Virus record (IMG/VR): IMGVR_UViG_3300032046_000018
Coordinates: 6,985-70,984 of that record
Reading direction: 5' to 3' (one strand)
Source of the DNA: a virus
DNA length: 64,000 nucleotides
Shown here: piece after piece, positions 9,251-17,935 of the stretch
How the letters are laid out: each line of letters opens with the position of its first letter
Numbering within the stretch: the first letter of the stretch is position 1
Notes under the pieces: model-generated
What the model was told of the DNA's origin: nothing
Seen by the model: the letters and a program-made list of their open reading frames with translations, nothing else
Databases searched by the model: none
Position numbers and translations under genes: made by a program

Positions 9251-9719
9251 AGGAGAGTTAAAACCCTGGAGTGATGAGGAAATACGAATCATCAATGAGA
9301 ATTATGATAAAATGACCTGGGGTGAAATAGGAGCATTGCTTGGCAGGACGGCTATTTCCGTTAGACAAAGGGCATTGAGACTCGGCCTGAAGCATGGATT
9401 AAAAGGGAGAATGAATCCAGCATATAAGAATGGTAATCTTGTTGATAGATATGTCAAACTATATGGAAAGTATGAATGCCCTTATGCTGATGAAAAGGGT
9501 AATGTTAATGAGCATGTGTATGTATGGTGGCTTAATCATGGCGCCACAATAGAAGATGGTGAAGTTATACATCACAAGGACTTGAATCCTTTAAACAATA
9601 ACATCGAGAATCTTGTAAAAATGACAAATGAGGAGCACTGTAGAATGCACTCTATAGAAAATAGCAAGCAAAAATTCCGTGACGCTTCCGGGAAATTTGT
9701 GAGGTTGGGGGTGAACTAG
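9231..9719 (+). CDS. HNH homing endonuclease with N-terminal Myb/HTH-like domain
   Basis: WSDEE...LGRTAISVRQRA HTH; EH...IHHKDLNPLNNNIENL...EH HNH motif; C-terminal RDASGKFV. Confidence 0.9.
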   Translation: MPSWKNRGELKPWSDEEIRIINENYDKMTWGEIGALLGRTAISVRQRALRLGLKHGLKGRMNPAYKNGNLVDRYVKLYGKYECPYADEKGNVNEHVYVWWLNHGATIEDGEVIHHKDLNPLNNNIENLVKMTNEEHCRMHSIENSKQKFRDASGKFVRLGVN

Positions 9720-9720
9720 A

Positions 9721-10564
9721 ATGATACAATCATTCGGCTGGTTTCGGTGGTAAAGCTTGGCTCGTGCCAACGCTAATCAAGCTAACACCATCACATCTCG
9801 TGAGCATAGAAGCGTTTGGTGGAGCAGCGTGGTACACGCTTAACAAACCCAAGTCACACGCGGAGGTTATAAATGACGTGAACGACTTGCTCGTCAATCT
9901 CTGGCTCACGTTACAATCTGACATCGAGAGATTCAAGGAACGCAATACATACATCATAGACGCTCGAAAACTCTACATCGACTACGAGAAGAGTTACAAG
10001 GAGAATAAATGGGAGAACTGCGATAACGTGGAGAAGGCGTTTCGATTCTACTATCTCATCACCCATAGTTTCTCGTTCATGCTCCACGGATTCCACGCGG
10101 TAAGATTTGACAAGGCGCCAAGCCAGCAAGGCAGTTACCTCCACAAGATCGAAGCAATCGACAACATCTACGAGCGCATCAAGGAGATACAATTCCGCAA
10201 CGAAAACGTGTTTGACATGCTCCCCAGGTACGACAAGGAGGGAGCATTCATGTACCTGGACCCTCCATACGTCCAGGGAGGGTATGCGTATGCCGAGATG
10301 CTCGGGGGGAAGCCATGGACTGAGGAGGATAAGTACAATCTGAGAGAAATGATCTGGGGTTTCAAGAATGCGAAAATCTTGCTGAGCGTCGACAATGGAG
10401 AGTACTACATGACGGATGGGTGGACGATGCGGGTCATGGACAAGGGCGGGCGCTTGACACGGGCGGGAGCAACCCCGAACCGGGAATGCCTCGTGATGAA
10501 CTACGAGCCACCAAAGCGCCAGTTCAAGGAAACGAATGCTGCGGACACGGGTGGTGATTTCTGA
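9721..10564 (+). CDS. D12/Dam-family N6-adenine DNA methyltransferase; needs a +1 frameshift at 9742-9745
   Basis: MIQSFGWF in frame 0 joins GGKAW in the +1 frame (motif X); EAFGGAA, INDVN and catalytic YLDPPY motifs. Confidence 0.85.
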
Positions 10565-10565
10565 G

Positions 10566-10721
10566 GTGTGGTGCGTGCATTGCAAATCAAAGAGCTTCCA
10601 CCAGCATGGCACTGGAGGATACGTGTTCAAGTGCGACTCGTGTGGCAAGCTCTTCACGAAGACGGAACCAGAATTCAAAGGGCACGAGACGAATGCAGCA
10701 AATACATTTGGTGATTTCTAA
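10566..10721 (+). CDS. Small Zn-ribbon protein with GDF tail
   Basis: CVHC...CDSC; GTG 10566 is 8 nt after GGTGA (start uncertain); ends ETNAANTFGDF. Confidence 0.7.
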   Translation: MWCVHCKSKSFHQHGTGGYVFKCDSCGKLFTKTEPEFKGHETNAANTFGDF

Positions 10722-11398
10722 TGGTGCTGATGATAGCAGCGATTGAAAAGTGTGCCATCGCGGAGTTTGATGGCGCCATAACATGCGTGATATTCTTGCA
10801 GGGCTGCGACATGAAGTGCTCCTACTGCCAGAATAGCGCTCTTATCAAGCCCTACAGCGAGAAGGCCATGGAGGCCACTGCAGAAGAAATAATCGAGGAA
10901 ATACCATGGGACGAGATCGACGCCATCTCCATCACTGGTGGCGAGCCTCTCTGGTCAGCATTAGGTACCCAAGAAGGAGGAGCGGATTTAATGCGGCTTC
11001 TTATGCACGCCAGGGACCGGCGAAAGAAGACGAACATCGACACGAATGGAAACTTTGCCAACGAGGAGAAGATGCGCCTGCTCGAGCACGTGGCTCCCTA
11101 CCTTACTTCTATTAGCGTTGACATTAAATATGGAGCACCGCCGTACATCAACCAGATGGCGATGTCACTCCGCAAAGCCATGCTTTTCTCTCAGGCACGA
11201 TTTCGGATGGTGTTGTTCAAGGGAAGGTGGCAGCCGAAGAATTGCATCGAAAGCGGGATATCAGCACTGCTCCTCAACAATATCAGGCTGATAACTGGCG
11301 TGAGAAACGAGAACGTGGCGCCGATGATGACGGATGAGGAGTGCAAGGAAATGAAAGAGGCGTGGCACAAGCTCGGGATAGAGTTGGTGATAAAATGA
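10721..11398 (+). CDS. nrdG: Anaerobic RNR-activating radical SAM enzyme
   Basis: IFLQGCDMKCSYCQN (CxxxCxxC), ITGGEP, IDTNG, VDIK; NrdD is present in the window. Confidence 0.8.
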   Translation: MVLMIAAIEKCAIAEFDGAITCVIFLQGCDMKCSYCQNSALIKPYSEKAMEATAEEIIEEIPWDEIDAISITGGEPLWSALGTQEGGADLMRLLMHARDRRKKTNIDTNGNFANEEKMRLLEHVAPYLTSISVDIKYGAPPYINQMAMSLRKAMLFSQARFRMVLFKGRWQPKNCIESGISALLLNNIRLITGVRNENVAPMMTDEECKEMKEAWHKLGIELVIK

Positions 11399-11964
11399 AT
11401 GATGCGGTGAAGAAGGCCAAGGAAAGATATCCTGGGGAAACATGCTTGCACGGCACTGATGATTTCATCATCATGTTCGCCATATATGGAGTTGGAAACA
11501 AGAAGGCGTATTTCGAGGATGTTAAGGCTGCATCCATTGATGGAATCAAGGTGCTGTTCGAGGAGAATGTGGGGGTCAAGCGCCCGGAAGCCAAGATAAA
11601 TAGCGGCGATTATTTCACGTGGCACGGGTTCGCGTATCTCATGTATCCCCTTGCAGACATGGACTTGATAGGCCCAGTCGTGAAGGCGAGCATCGTTGAA
11701 TACACGATCAAGCAAAAGAAGGATGAATCAGAAGACGAATTTAGCGAGATTTATGATACCTTCTACAAGAGCGAGGAGGAGAAGGCGTTCTTCAGCGATC
11801 CAACTGCCAGGACACTTGTCCTCGAGGACAACAGGGGAGATTGCCTGTGCATAGCGACGTGTGGCAAGGCGGAAGGACGAAGGAAATATGTAGAAGATTT
11901 CGAGGCTAACATGGACCTCAGTTCATTAATGGTAAAAACGGCAGACCCGTTTGGTGATTTCTAA
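11395..11964 (+). CDS. Hypothetical protein with GDF tail
   Basis: GGTGA before ATG 11395; ends KTADPFGDF. Confidence 0.7.
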   Translation: MNDAVKKAKERYPGETCLHGTDDFIIMFAIYGVGNKKAYFEDVKAASIDGIKVLFEENVGVKRPEAKINSGDYFTWHGFAYLMYPLADMDLIGPVVKASIVEYTIKQKKDESEDEFSEIYDTFYKSEEEKAFFSDPTARTLVLEDNRGDCLCIATCGKAEGRRKYVEDFEANMDLSSLMVKTADPFGDF

Positions 11965-12348
11965 ATGATCATTAACGACGAGAACGATTTCGAGGAGTGG
12001 AAGGCTGAAGTACTCGCCACCAAGATGTCACACGATGGATGGCAGAGGGACCCTACAAGACAAGTGATCTCGTGGATAGAACACGATCCACATGAATGGG
12101 TGTTGAAACTTGAATGGCACGTCGCCATCCCCGATGTACGAGGTAATAACTTCACGGGGATGCTTTCAAGACATAGTATCAATGGGATAACAGAATTCAG
12201 GACGCCATTGGAACCTGGGCCCCACGAGCCAGCGGTGATGACTACAGTGAGATTGTGCCACAAGGTGTTTGCTGGCTTCTTTAAAATTGAAGAAATATTC
12301 AATCGTGCAATACAATTTGTAAAAGATTCGGTATTTTCAACAAGATGA
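11965..12348 (+). CDS. Hypothetical protein
   Basis: Abuts upstream stop; GGTGA SD. Confidence 0.6.
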   Translation: MIINDENDFEEWKAEVLATKMSHDGWQRDPTRQVISWIEHDPHEWVLKLEWHVAIPDVRGNNFTGMLSRHSINGITEFRTPLEPGPHEPAVMTTVRLCHKVFAGFFKIEEIFNRAIQFVKDSVFSTR

Positions 12349-12360
12349 GATGATGAAAAA

Positions 12361-12585
12361 ATGGCAAGCATAGAACAAATGAAAGAGTTTTTGGATAGCG
12401 TCGAGGAAACATGCAAGGAAAACGGACGGATAGACTCGAAAGAAGTGCGCCGTCTCTGGGAGGAAATAACTGGAGATGGGTGCATTGCCATCAGCATTGG
12501 CAGGATGCTCTGCACCATGAGAATCTTTACCAGATGCGTCGAGGGGCTCTTCGTCTACTACAAGCTGAAGGATGAGAAAAAATGA
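12361..12585 (+). CDS. Small winged-helix-like protein
   Basis: Helix-turn-helix-wing pattern (SIGRML...YYKL); ATGA overlap. Confidence 0.5.
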   Translation: MASIEQMKEFLDSVEETCKENGRIDSKEVRRLWEEITGDGCIAISIGRMLCTMRIFTRCVEGLFVYYKLKDEKK

Positions 12586-12953
12586 GCGACAATATAAACC
12601 ATCCTGCGCATTACACGCAGGGAAGGATAGAGGTCATCGAGTACATCGAAGACCAGAAGATGGGCTATTGCCTCGGCAATGCCATCAAGTATATTAGCAG
12701 AGCCCGATTCAAGGGCAAGTACAAGGAGGACTTGGAGAAGGCGGCATGGTACATCAACCGTGCCATCAAGGAGTTCGACGAGCTCGGGAGCATTGACATG
12801 GAAGTACAGATTCCCGTGCAACCTGATAACGAGATCAAGGACAAGCTCAACGAGCTCATCAAGATGTTTGACGACCACTACCACGGGATAGCTGAAGGGG
12901 CGGACTCGACGGCGTGCAATGGGTCGGCGTTCAACGTGAAAGAGTTGAAGTAG
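12582..12953 (+). CDS. DUF3310-family protein
   Basis: INHPAHY...IEVIE...GNAIKYISR...EDLEKAAWYI signature. Confidence 0.9.
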   Translation: MSDNINHPAHYTQGRIEVIEYIEDQKMGYCLGNAIKYISRARFKGKYKEDLEKAAWYINRAIKEFDELGSIDMEVQIPVQPDNEIKDKLNELIKMFDDHYHGIAEGADSTACNGSAFNVKELK

Positions 12954-12956
12954 ATC

Positions 12957-14006
12957 ATGGAGAAAATAGACCTGTCGGCGTACTTGAAGGAGAACGTGGT
13001 CGTGGACCACCTCAAGTTCAGGGACATGCCATGGGTTGACAAGTCGAAATGGCGGAAGCACAAGTGGTGCCCGAAAGCGTTCGAGCTCAAGACCATGGAG
13101 GAGATGACTGGAAAACTCGTGACACGTGACTTTGACTTCGGCCACGATGCCATGGAGATGGGCAGCGACGCGCATCTCGTGTTCTCGCATTTCTTCAAGG
13201 CCATCGTGGACAACGACCTCATCGCCAGGTTCATGGAGGTTCCGATAGAACACGAGTTCAAGAAGAGCAGGTTGTACTACACGTTCCTTGATATCTGTAA
13301 CCAGATTCTCCCGGAGAATCTCAGGTCTGACCCATATCGACAGCGGATCATTTCAAACTTCTGCGAGTACCAGAAGGACTACTGGAATCAATTATCACAG
13401 CAGTTCAACCACAAGAAGTGGGCGTTCAAGAAGTTTTTCATCCCCATCTACCAGGAACTCTATCTCGAGAATTTTGACATGATGATATACGGCACGCTCG
13501 ACGCCATGTACCACAATCCCCTCTACGGGACAAACACCGACTGGGGTGACAAGAAGTACACGATCATCGACTACAAGGGTGGGAACGTGCCGAAGGGCGT
13601 GAAGGAAGGCGAGTCGTCGACGGACATGAAATCTGCCGATCGGCAGGAGATGCACGTCTACGCGTGGCTCGTCGCCCATGCTCAGAAACAAGTGAAGGAC
13701 GTTGACCCGGTGACGATGGAGGAGGTCATACGAAACGTGAAGGTGTTCCCCGACATCGAGGAATACACGGATGTCATCGCAAACATGTTGTTCCTCGGGG
13801 ATGACAAGCCATACTACCTGCCACCGATGTTGATGCAAAATCGCAGTCTCGAGGCTATATTCAAGGAGATACGGAGAATGCGTGAAACATGGACTGCCGG
13901 AGGGAAGTACGCCATGGTGAAAATGGAATCCGCACCATACAAATGCCCGGCGTGTGAATACGTGAACCACTGCAACTCGATTCGATTAAAGGAGGCGTTT
14001 AATTAA
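12957..14006 (+). CDS. Cas4-like PD-(D/E)xK exonuclease with Fe-S cysteines
   Basis: WCPK, G...H, GTLD, IIDYKGG, VY and CPACEYVNHC motifs. Confidence 0.85.
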   Translation: MEKIDLSAYLKENVVVDHLKFRDMPWVDKSKWRKHKWCPKAFELKTMEEMTGKLVTRDFDFGHDAMEMGSDAHLVFSHFFKAIVDNDLIARFMEVPIEHEFKKSRLYYTFLDICNQILPENLRSDPYRQRIISNFCEYQKDYWNQLSQQFNHKKWAFKKFFIPIYQELYLENFDMMIYGTLDAMYHNPLYGTNTDWGDKKYTIIDYKGGNVPKGVKEGESSTDMKSADRQEMHVYAWLVAHAQKQVKDVDPVTMEEVIRNVKVFPDIEEYTDVIANMLFLGDDKPYYLPPMLMQNRSLEAIFKEIRRMRETWTAGGKYAMVKMESAPYKCPACEYVNHCNSIRLKEAFN

Positions 14007-14684
14007 ATGGTAAAGGAAAAAACGTACATTATCCATGTTGAGTTCCCCCCTGCGAAGGAGGACCGCACCATTCACATGGACCGCAAGGAATTGACCATGG
14101 ATGTGAAGAAGGGCGATCCCGTGGTGATGTCGTGGCAGCTTGTCGTTGATGACGACGCTTCCATGGCCAGCATCCAGGAGTTTGATAGTGACATGAATTT
14201 CGTGCAGGAATTCACCCTCGCCGGGAACCCCGCGCCGCCCGCCCTAACCGTCTATTTCGATAGAGAACCGAGAACCGAAGATGACATGGTAATCGTGAAG
14301 GATGAGACGGTCGCCGCCGAGTTTATTCACCAGGACGAAAACACGACTCGATCCGTGCCCGCCGCGACGAAGCCTACAAGTGACGACATCGTGAAATGGG
14401 CGTTGGATATCAAACCCACCCCGAATGCCCCACCCTTTTCGGATAATCTCGTGCTCTGCCCATATTGTGGTGTAGCAGACGTTTGGTTATCCTATCCAAA
14501 CAGTTACACCATTGCCGAGTACAAGTGTCACTCGTGTGGCAAGGAGTGGAAACAAGAGAACGCTCAAGATAAGCCAGCGAGTGACATTCCAAACTGGCGG
14601 ACGTGCAAGCGCCGTTTCAACGATGACGACATTGAATGCAAGGGCTGCGCCGGGTTTAGCGAGTGCATGAAAATGCTTGGATGA
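14007..14684 (+). CDS. Hypothetical protein with C-terminal Zn ribbons
   Basis: CPYC...CHSC and C...CKGC...C. Confidence 0.65.
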   Translation: MVKEKTYIIHVEFPPAKEDRTIHMDRKELTMDVKKGDPVVMSWQLVVDDDASMASIQEFDSDMNFVQEFTLAGNPAPPALTVYFDREPRTEDDMVIVKDETVAAEFIHQDENTTRSVPAATKPTSDDIVKWALDIKPTPNAPPFSDNLVLCPYCGVADVWLSYPNSYTIAEYKCHSCGKEWKQENAQDKPASDIPNWRTCKRRFNDDDIECKGCAGFSECMKMLG

Positions 14685-14696
14685 AGGTGGAATCTC

Positions 14697-14891
14697 ATGC
14701 AGAGCGAGAAAACGTTCAAGAGTAGCAGGGAGTGCCGATTCTGCGACCACCCTCCATTCAAGACCAAGAAGGCGCGGGATAAACACGAGCAGTTTGCAGA
14801 AGGTGTTGATCACGGCTTCGACAAGAAGGGCAAGCGAATACGGAGGGACGACTACACCGAAACAGTAGAGATTGTTGGTGATGGACGCTGA
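14697..14891 (+). CDS. Small C2H2-like Zn-finger protein
   Basis: CRFC..PF....ARDKHE...H; AGGTGG SD. Confidence 0.55.
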   Translation: MQSEKTFKSSRECRFCDHPPFKTKKARDKHEQFAEGVDHGFDKKGKRIRRDDYTETVEIVGDGR

Positions 14892-15963
14892 ATCATTATA
14901 TTGGGAGACCCTCATACCCCAGCGACCAGTCCGGCGGAAATGCTTCGCTGGATGGAACGCTGCACTCCGGGATGCAAAGTGGTGGATGGCCGCTGGAGCC
15001 GAAGCATATATATCAAACTACGGCTACCGGGAACTTGTTGACGACCCAGGATCGTACGGATACGACCGGTCGATGGTCCCCGACTACGCCACAGCAGTTA
15101 TCAATTGTATATTTATTGATATTGACTACACGCTCGTCATAGACGGCGAGAATGAAATCATCGAATATAGGCCGGATATAAACATGGATGTCGTGAAGAT
15201 GGATGACTGGTGCGCCGCGAATGGCGACCTCAAGCGAAAGTGGCGATTCACGGGCGGAGGCTTTCACGGCCTCATCAAGGCCGAAGGTCCCGCCTCGAAG
15301 CTCGATGACGCTGTCCGGTTCATCGCCAGCGAGACCCATGCCAGGATTGACCCAGGAAGCGAGACGACTGCCACGTGCAAGCGGGTCATTAATTCGGTCA
15401 ATCGCAAGCATGGCAATCACGTCATCCCGGTATCCATTGACGAAATACGTTCAAGTACCCAAGATAAATTGCTACAACTGGCGTCGATGCCCAGGGATGA
15501 CGAGTTCTCTCTTGGGCACGGCACCTGGTATTTTGAAGGGGTGAAATCTTCAATGAAGAAGCAAATGGATATAATTGGGAAGTACAGCAAGAAGATCATT
15601 GCTGACAGCAAGGATGCAACACTGGAGAAGTATGGGCTCTCGTGGAATGACGATTTCTGCCCTGCACTCCAGCATTTGATAATGAAACAAAATCCAGGAA
15701 ACGACGATAGGAGATTTGTCATAAAGTATCTGCGGGACGTGCTAAAAATCCCATTCGTTGACCTGGTAGACGAGACGAAGACGGTGATAAATCTCTTCAT
15801 TAACATCATGGAAAACAAGGCCAAGGCGAAACACGCGGCGGTGAAGGAAAAACAATGTATAATGATTTACAGACGGAAACGACGGTTCCATCCATACGAA
15901 CTGCGATTGGAAGGTTTGTGCCCGGAGGGATGTGCTGAATGCCTGGAGAAGAGGAATGCGTGA
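14881..15963 (+). CDS. Archaeo-eukaryotic primase, PriS catalytic domain fused to a PriL/PriX-like C-terminal domain
   Basis: FIDID, FTGGGFH and RID motifs; C-terminal FCPAL...RRFVIKYL...CPEGCAEC. Confidence 0.8.
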   Translation: MDAESLYWETLIPQRPVRRKCFAGWNAALRDAKWWMAAGAEAYISNYGYRELVDDPGSYGYDRSMVPDYATAVINCIFIDIDYTLVIDGENEIIEYRPDINMDVVKMDDWCAANGDLKRKWRFTGGGFHGLIKAEGPASKLDDAVRFIASETHARIDPGSETTATCKRVINSVNRKHGNHVIPVSIDEIRSSTQDKLLQLASMPRDDEFSLGHGTWYFEGVKSSMKKQMDIIGKYSKKIIADSKDATLEKYGLSWNDDFCPALQHLIMKQNPGNDDRRFVIKYLRDVLKIPFVDLVDETKTVINLFINIMENKAKAKHAAVKEKQCIMIYRRKRRFHPYELRLEGLCPEGCAECLEKRNA

Positions 15964-16124
15964 GTGAATCGCTTGCCGAGTTGATGAACGAGATGAAGGA
16001 GCGATTCTTGTCACACGGGTTCGCGTGCAGGATAACAGTGGATGAGACGACATCAGTAGAGACGATAGAATTCAAATTTGTAAGGGATAACACGAGGGAT
16101 GTAGCATGGGGGATGGTGACTTGA
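15960..16124 (+). CDS. Small hypothetical protein
   Basis: GTGA overlap with the primase stop. Confidence 0.45.
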   Translation: MSESLAELMNEMKERFLSHGFACRITVDETTSVETIEFKFVRDNTRDVAWGMVT

Positions 16125-16444
16125 TAGACTTTAGCGTGCGCACCTCGCCAGAGTGGGACTCGTTTATTAACAGGTTTGATTGCCCCGCGTGCGGGCAGGG
16201 TCTCGTGCTGGTAGCGGTGACCGCGACGATAGAATGCGTGATGGAATTGACACACCCGCCAGAACTCGTGACGCTCGGACTTGATCCACCAGACCTGGTG
16301 CACAAAGGATTCAGGTTCTTGATCAATGCATTTGATAGGTGCCCGGCGTGCATGGGGGAATTCAGGAAAACGTATCACATCGAGGACAACGAGCAAAAGG
16401 CGCTGCTCAACTTGATAGCGACGGTGGTGACGAAAAATGGCTGA
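16106..16444 (+). CDS. Zn-finger protein
   Basis: CPAC twice. Confidence 0.55.
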   Translation: MGDGDLIDFSVRTSPEWDSFINRFDCPACGQGLVLVAVTATIECVMELTHPPELVTLGLDPPDLVHKGFRFLINAFDRCPACMGEFRKTYHIEDNEQKALLNLIATVVTKNG

Positions 16445-17078
16445 AAAGGTAACGACAAGAGAATTAATAAAAAAAGTGCTGACCGAGTCTGGCGTTCCTA
16501 TGACGGCAACGCAGATTTATAATGAAAGCAAGGCGATGAAGATACCATGGGAAAGTGTGCATGAGCATCCAGAGGCAATTATAAATTCATTTATCTCCAA
16601 GGATGTGAAGGGGGAGAAATCTGAATTTATGAGGACCTCATCAGAACCAAATACATATGCGATGAACACACCCGAGATAAAGGACGCCACACCAGCAAGA
16701 GAGACTGCAAAAATATCAGATGGGCCAAGCGCCAAGAAGGTTGTAAATCTTCTACAGAAAATAAACATCTCCAAACTCTCCATTTCTAATGAGCATGAGC
16801 TTGAATTGGTTATGTGGGGTGCTTTGTGTGGTAGGTGGCCCGACTGGATAAAATGGCGCAAGAATATCGGTGGGAGGACGTGTGATGTTGGATTGTCTGG
16901 TGTTGCAGTTGAAATGAAATACATCAAGACAATGGCAGATAGAGATAGATTGGTAGGGCAGGTCCTCGATTACCTGAAGGAAGTGGACGAGGTCGTCGTG
17001 GTAGCTGTTGATGATAAGGGGCTACTAAGGGAGTCTCCCCTGAATACATTTGATAATGTGTTTATGATGATAGTATAG
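16437..17078 (+). CDS. HARE-HTH domain fused to a PD-(D/E)xK restriction-like endonuclease
   Basis: IKKVL...PMTATQIY...PEAIINSFISKD...F.R N-domain; CDV...VAVEMK...GQVLDY nuclease motif. Confidence 0.7.
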   Translation: MAEKVTTRELIKKVLTESGVPMTATQIYNESKAMKIPWESVHEHPEAIINSFISKDVKGEKSEFMRTSSEPNTYAMNTPEIKDATPARETAKISDGPSAKKVVNLLQKINISKLSISNEHELELVMWGALCGRWPDWIKWRKNIGGRTCDVGLSGVAVEMKYIKTMADRDRLVGQVLDYLKEVDEVVVVAVDDKGLLRESPLNTFDNVFMMIV

Positions 17079-17095
17079 ATACTGAGGAGAGGAAA

Positions 17096-17935
17096 ATGGT
17101 TGAAACTATCTACATGGATGATGGCGAGAAGAGCTCCGATGGTGTCGTGAAGATACTGGAGGAGGATAGAGAGTTTGCTGATGAAGGATACCGCGTGGAA
17201 CGAGCCCGGCTCAGGGCCGTGCAATGCCCATGCGGGAAGTGGTACCATGCCCTCCTCGACCTCGGGTACAAGTGTCCCGTGTGTGGTGTTGGCGAAGACA
17301 AGGCCGTCGACTCGGAACGGGTAGCCGACTTCTCGCAGGCCAGCGGAAAATGGGCGATTGAAAAGAAGCTCGCAAGCAATTACTACTCGTCATTGAAAAA
17401 CAAGGAGATATACCCGCAGCTGGAGAAGTTAGGGGCGGTGTATGGGACCAGCGCATGCATCGCGTTCCAGGGATACATGAGCCTGCTCATCGAGCAGTAC
17501 CCGGCGTTGTCAGCGTGGATTTCAAGCATCCAGGCGGCGGCCCCACTTCGATATGGCGTGCCATTCACGATAGTCGAGGACGACATCGGCATGGCCAGGT
17601 TGATAGATGCATACGTGAAGCAGGCTCGCCATGATGGCGTCCAGGCGAGATTCAAGATTGATGAGGTAAAGAAGGAGAGCTCGAAACTCGCAGGCTTGAG
17701 AGCCAACAAAGGGGTAGGTGATGCAATCGGGATAAAAGCATTCATCAAGTTTGGCAACATCACGAACATGGCGAACGCCACGAGGTTTGATCTGGAGTCG
17801 GTGTTTCACTCGAAAACCGACATGATGTGGGAGTTTTTCCATGGCGATGGGAAGCAGGAAATGCTCGACTTGATAGAGGAGCGGAGAAAAAAGAAGGAGG
17901 AACGCGACGCGTGGAAAGCAAATCGAAGCATGTAA
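17096..17935 (+). CDS. ERCC4 (XPF/Mus81/Hef-like) structure-specific nuclease with HhH
   Basis: EDRE, ADF...AIEKK..NY..S, Q..KL and KGVG HhH; internal Zn ribbon. Confidence 0.8.
   Translation: MVETIYMDDGEKSSDGVVKILEEDREFADEGYRVERARLRAVQCPCGKWYHALLDLGYKCPVCGVGEDKAVDSERVADFSQASGKWAIEKKLASNYYSSLKNKEIYPQLEKLGAVYGTSACIAFQGYMSLLIEQYPALSAWISSIQAAAPLRYGVPFTIVEDDIGMARLIDAYVKQARHDGVQARFKIDEVKKESSKLAGLRANKGVGDAIGIKAFIKFGNITNMANATRFDLESVFHSKTDMMWEFFHGDGKQEMLDLIEERRKKKEERDAWKANRSM

Larger units (their letters stand above)
9031..9735 (+). mobile_element. HNH endonuclease cassette flanked by 25-bp direct repeats
   Basis: GTGAACTGAAATGATACAATCATTC (9031-9055) vs GTGAACTAGAATGATACAATCATTC (9711-9735), 23/25 identical; AT-rich interior. 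Confidence 0.65.

Noticed and set aside
8128-11964. GDF endings as a pure by-product of the overlapping GGTGA Shine-Dalgarno motif
   Set aside because: It explains only G-D. It does not explain the upstream A-[ND]-[TP] residues with synonymous changes, the invariant Phe-stop, or the KDF copy at 31690 lacking GGTGA. Kept as a caveat.
12957-14006. CRISPR-Cas locus suggested by Cas4
   Set aside because: Solo Cas4-like nuclease; no cas1/cas2 or repeat-spacer array seen.
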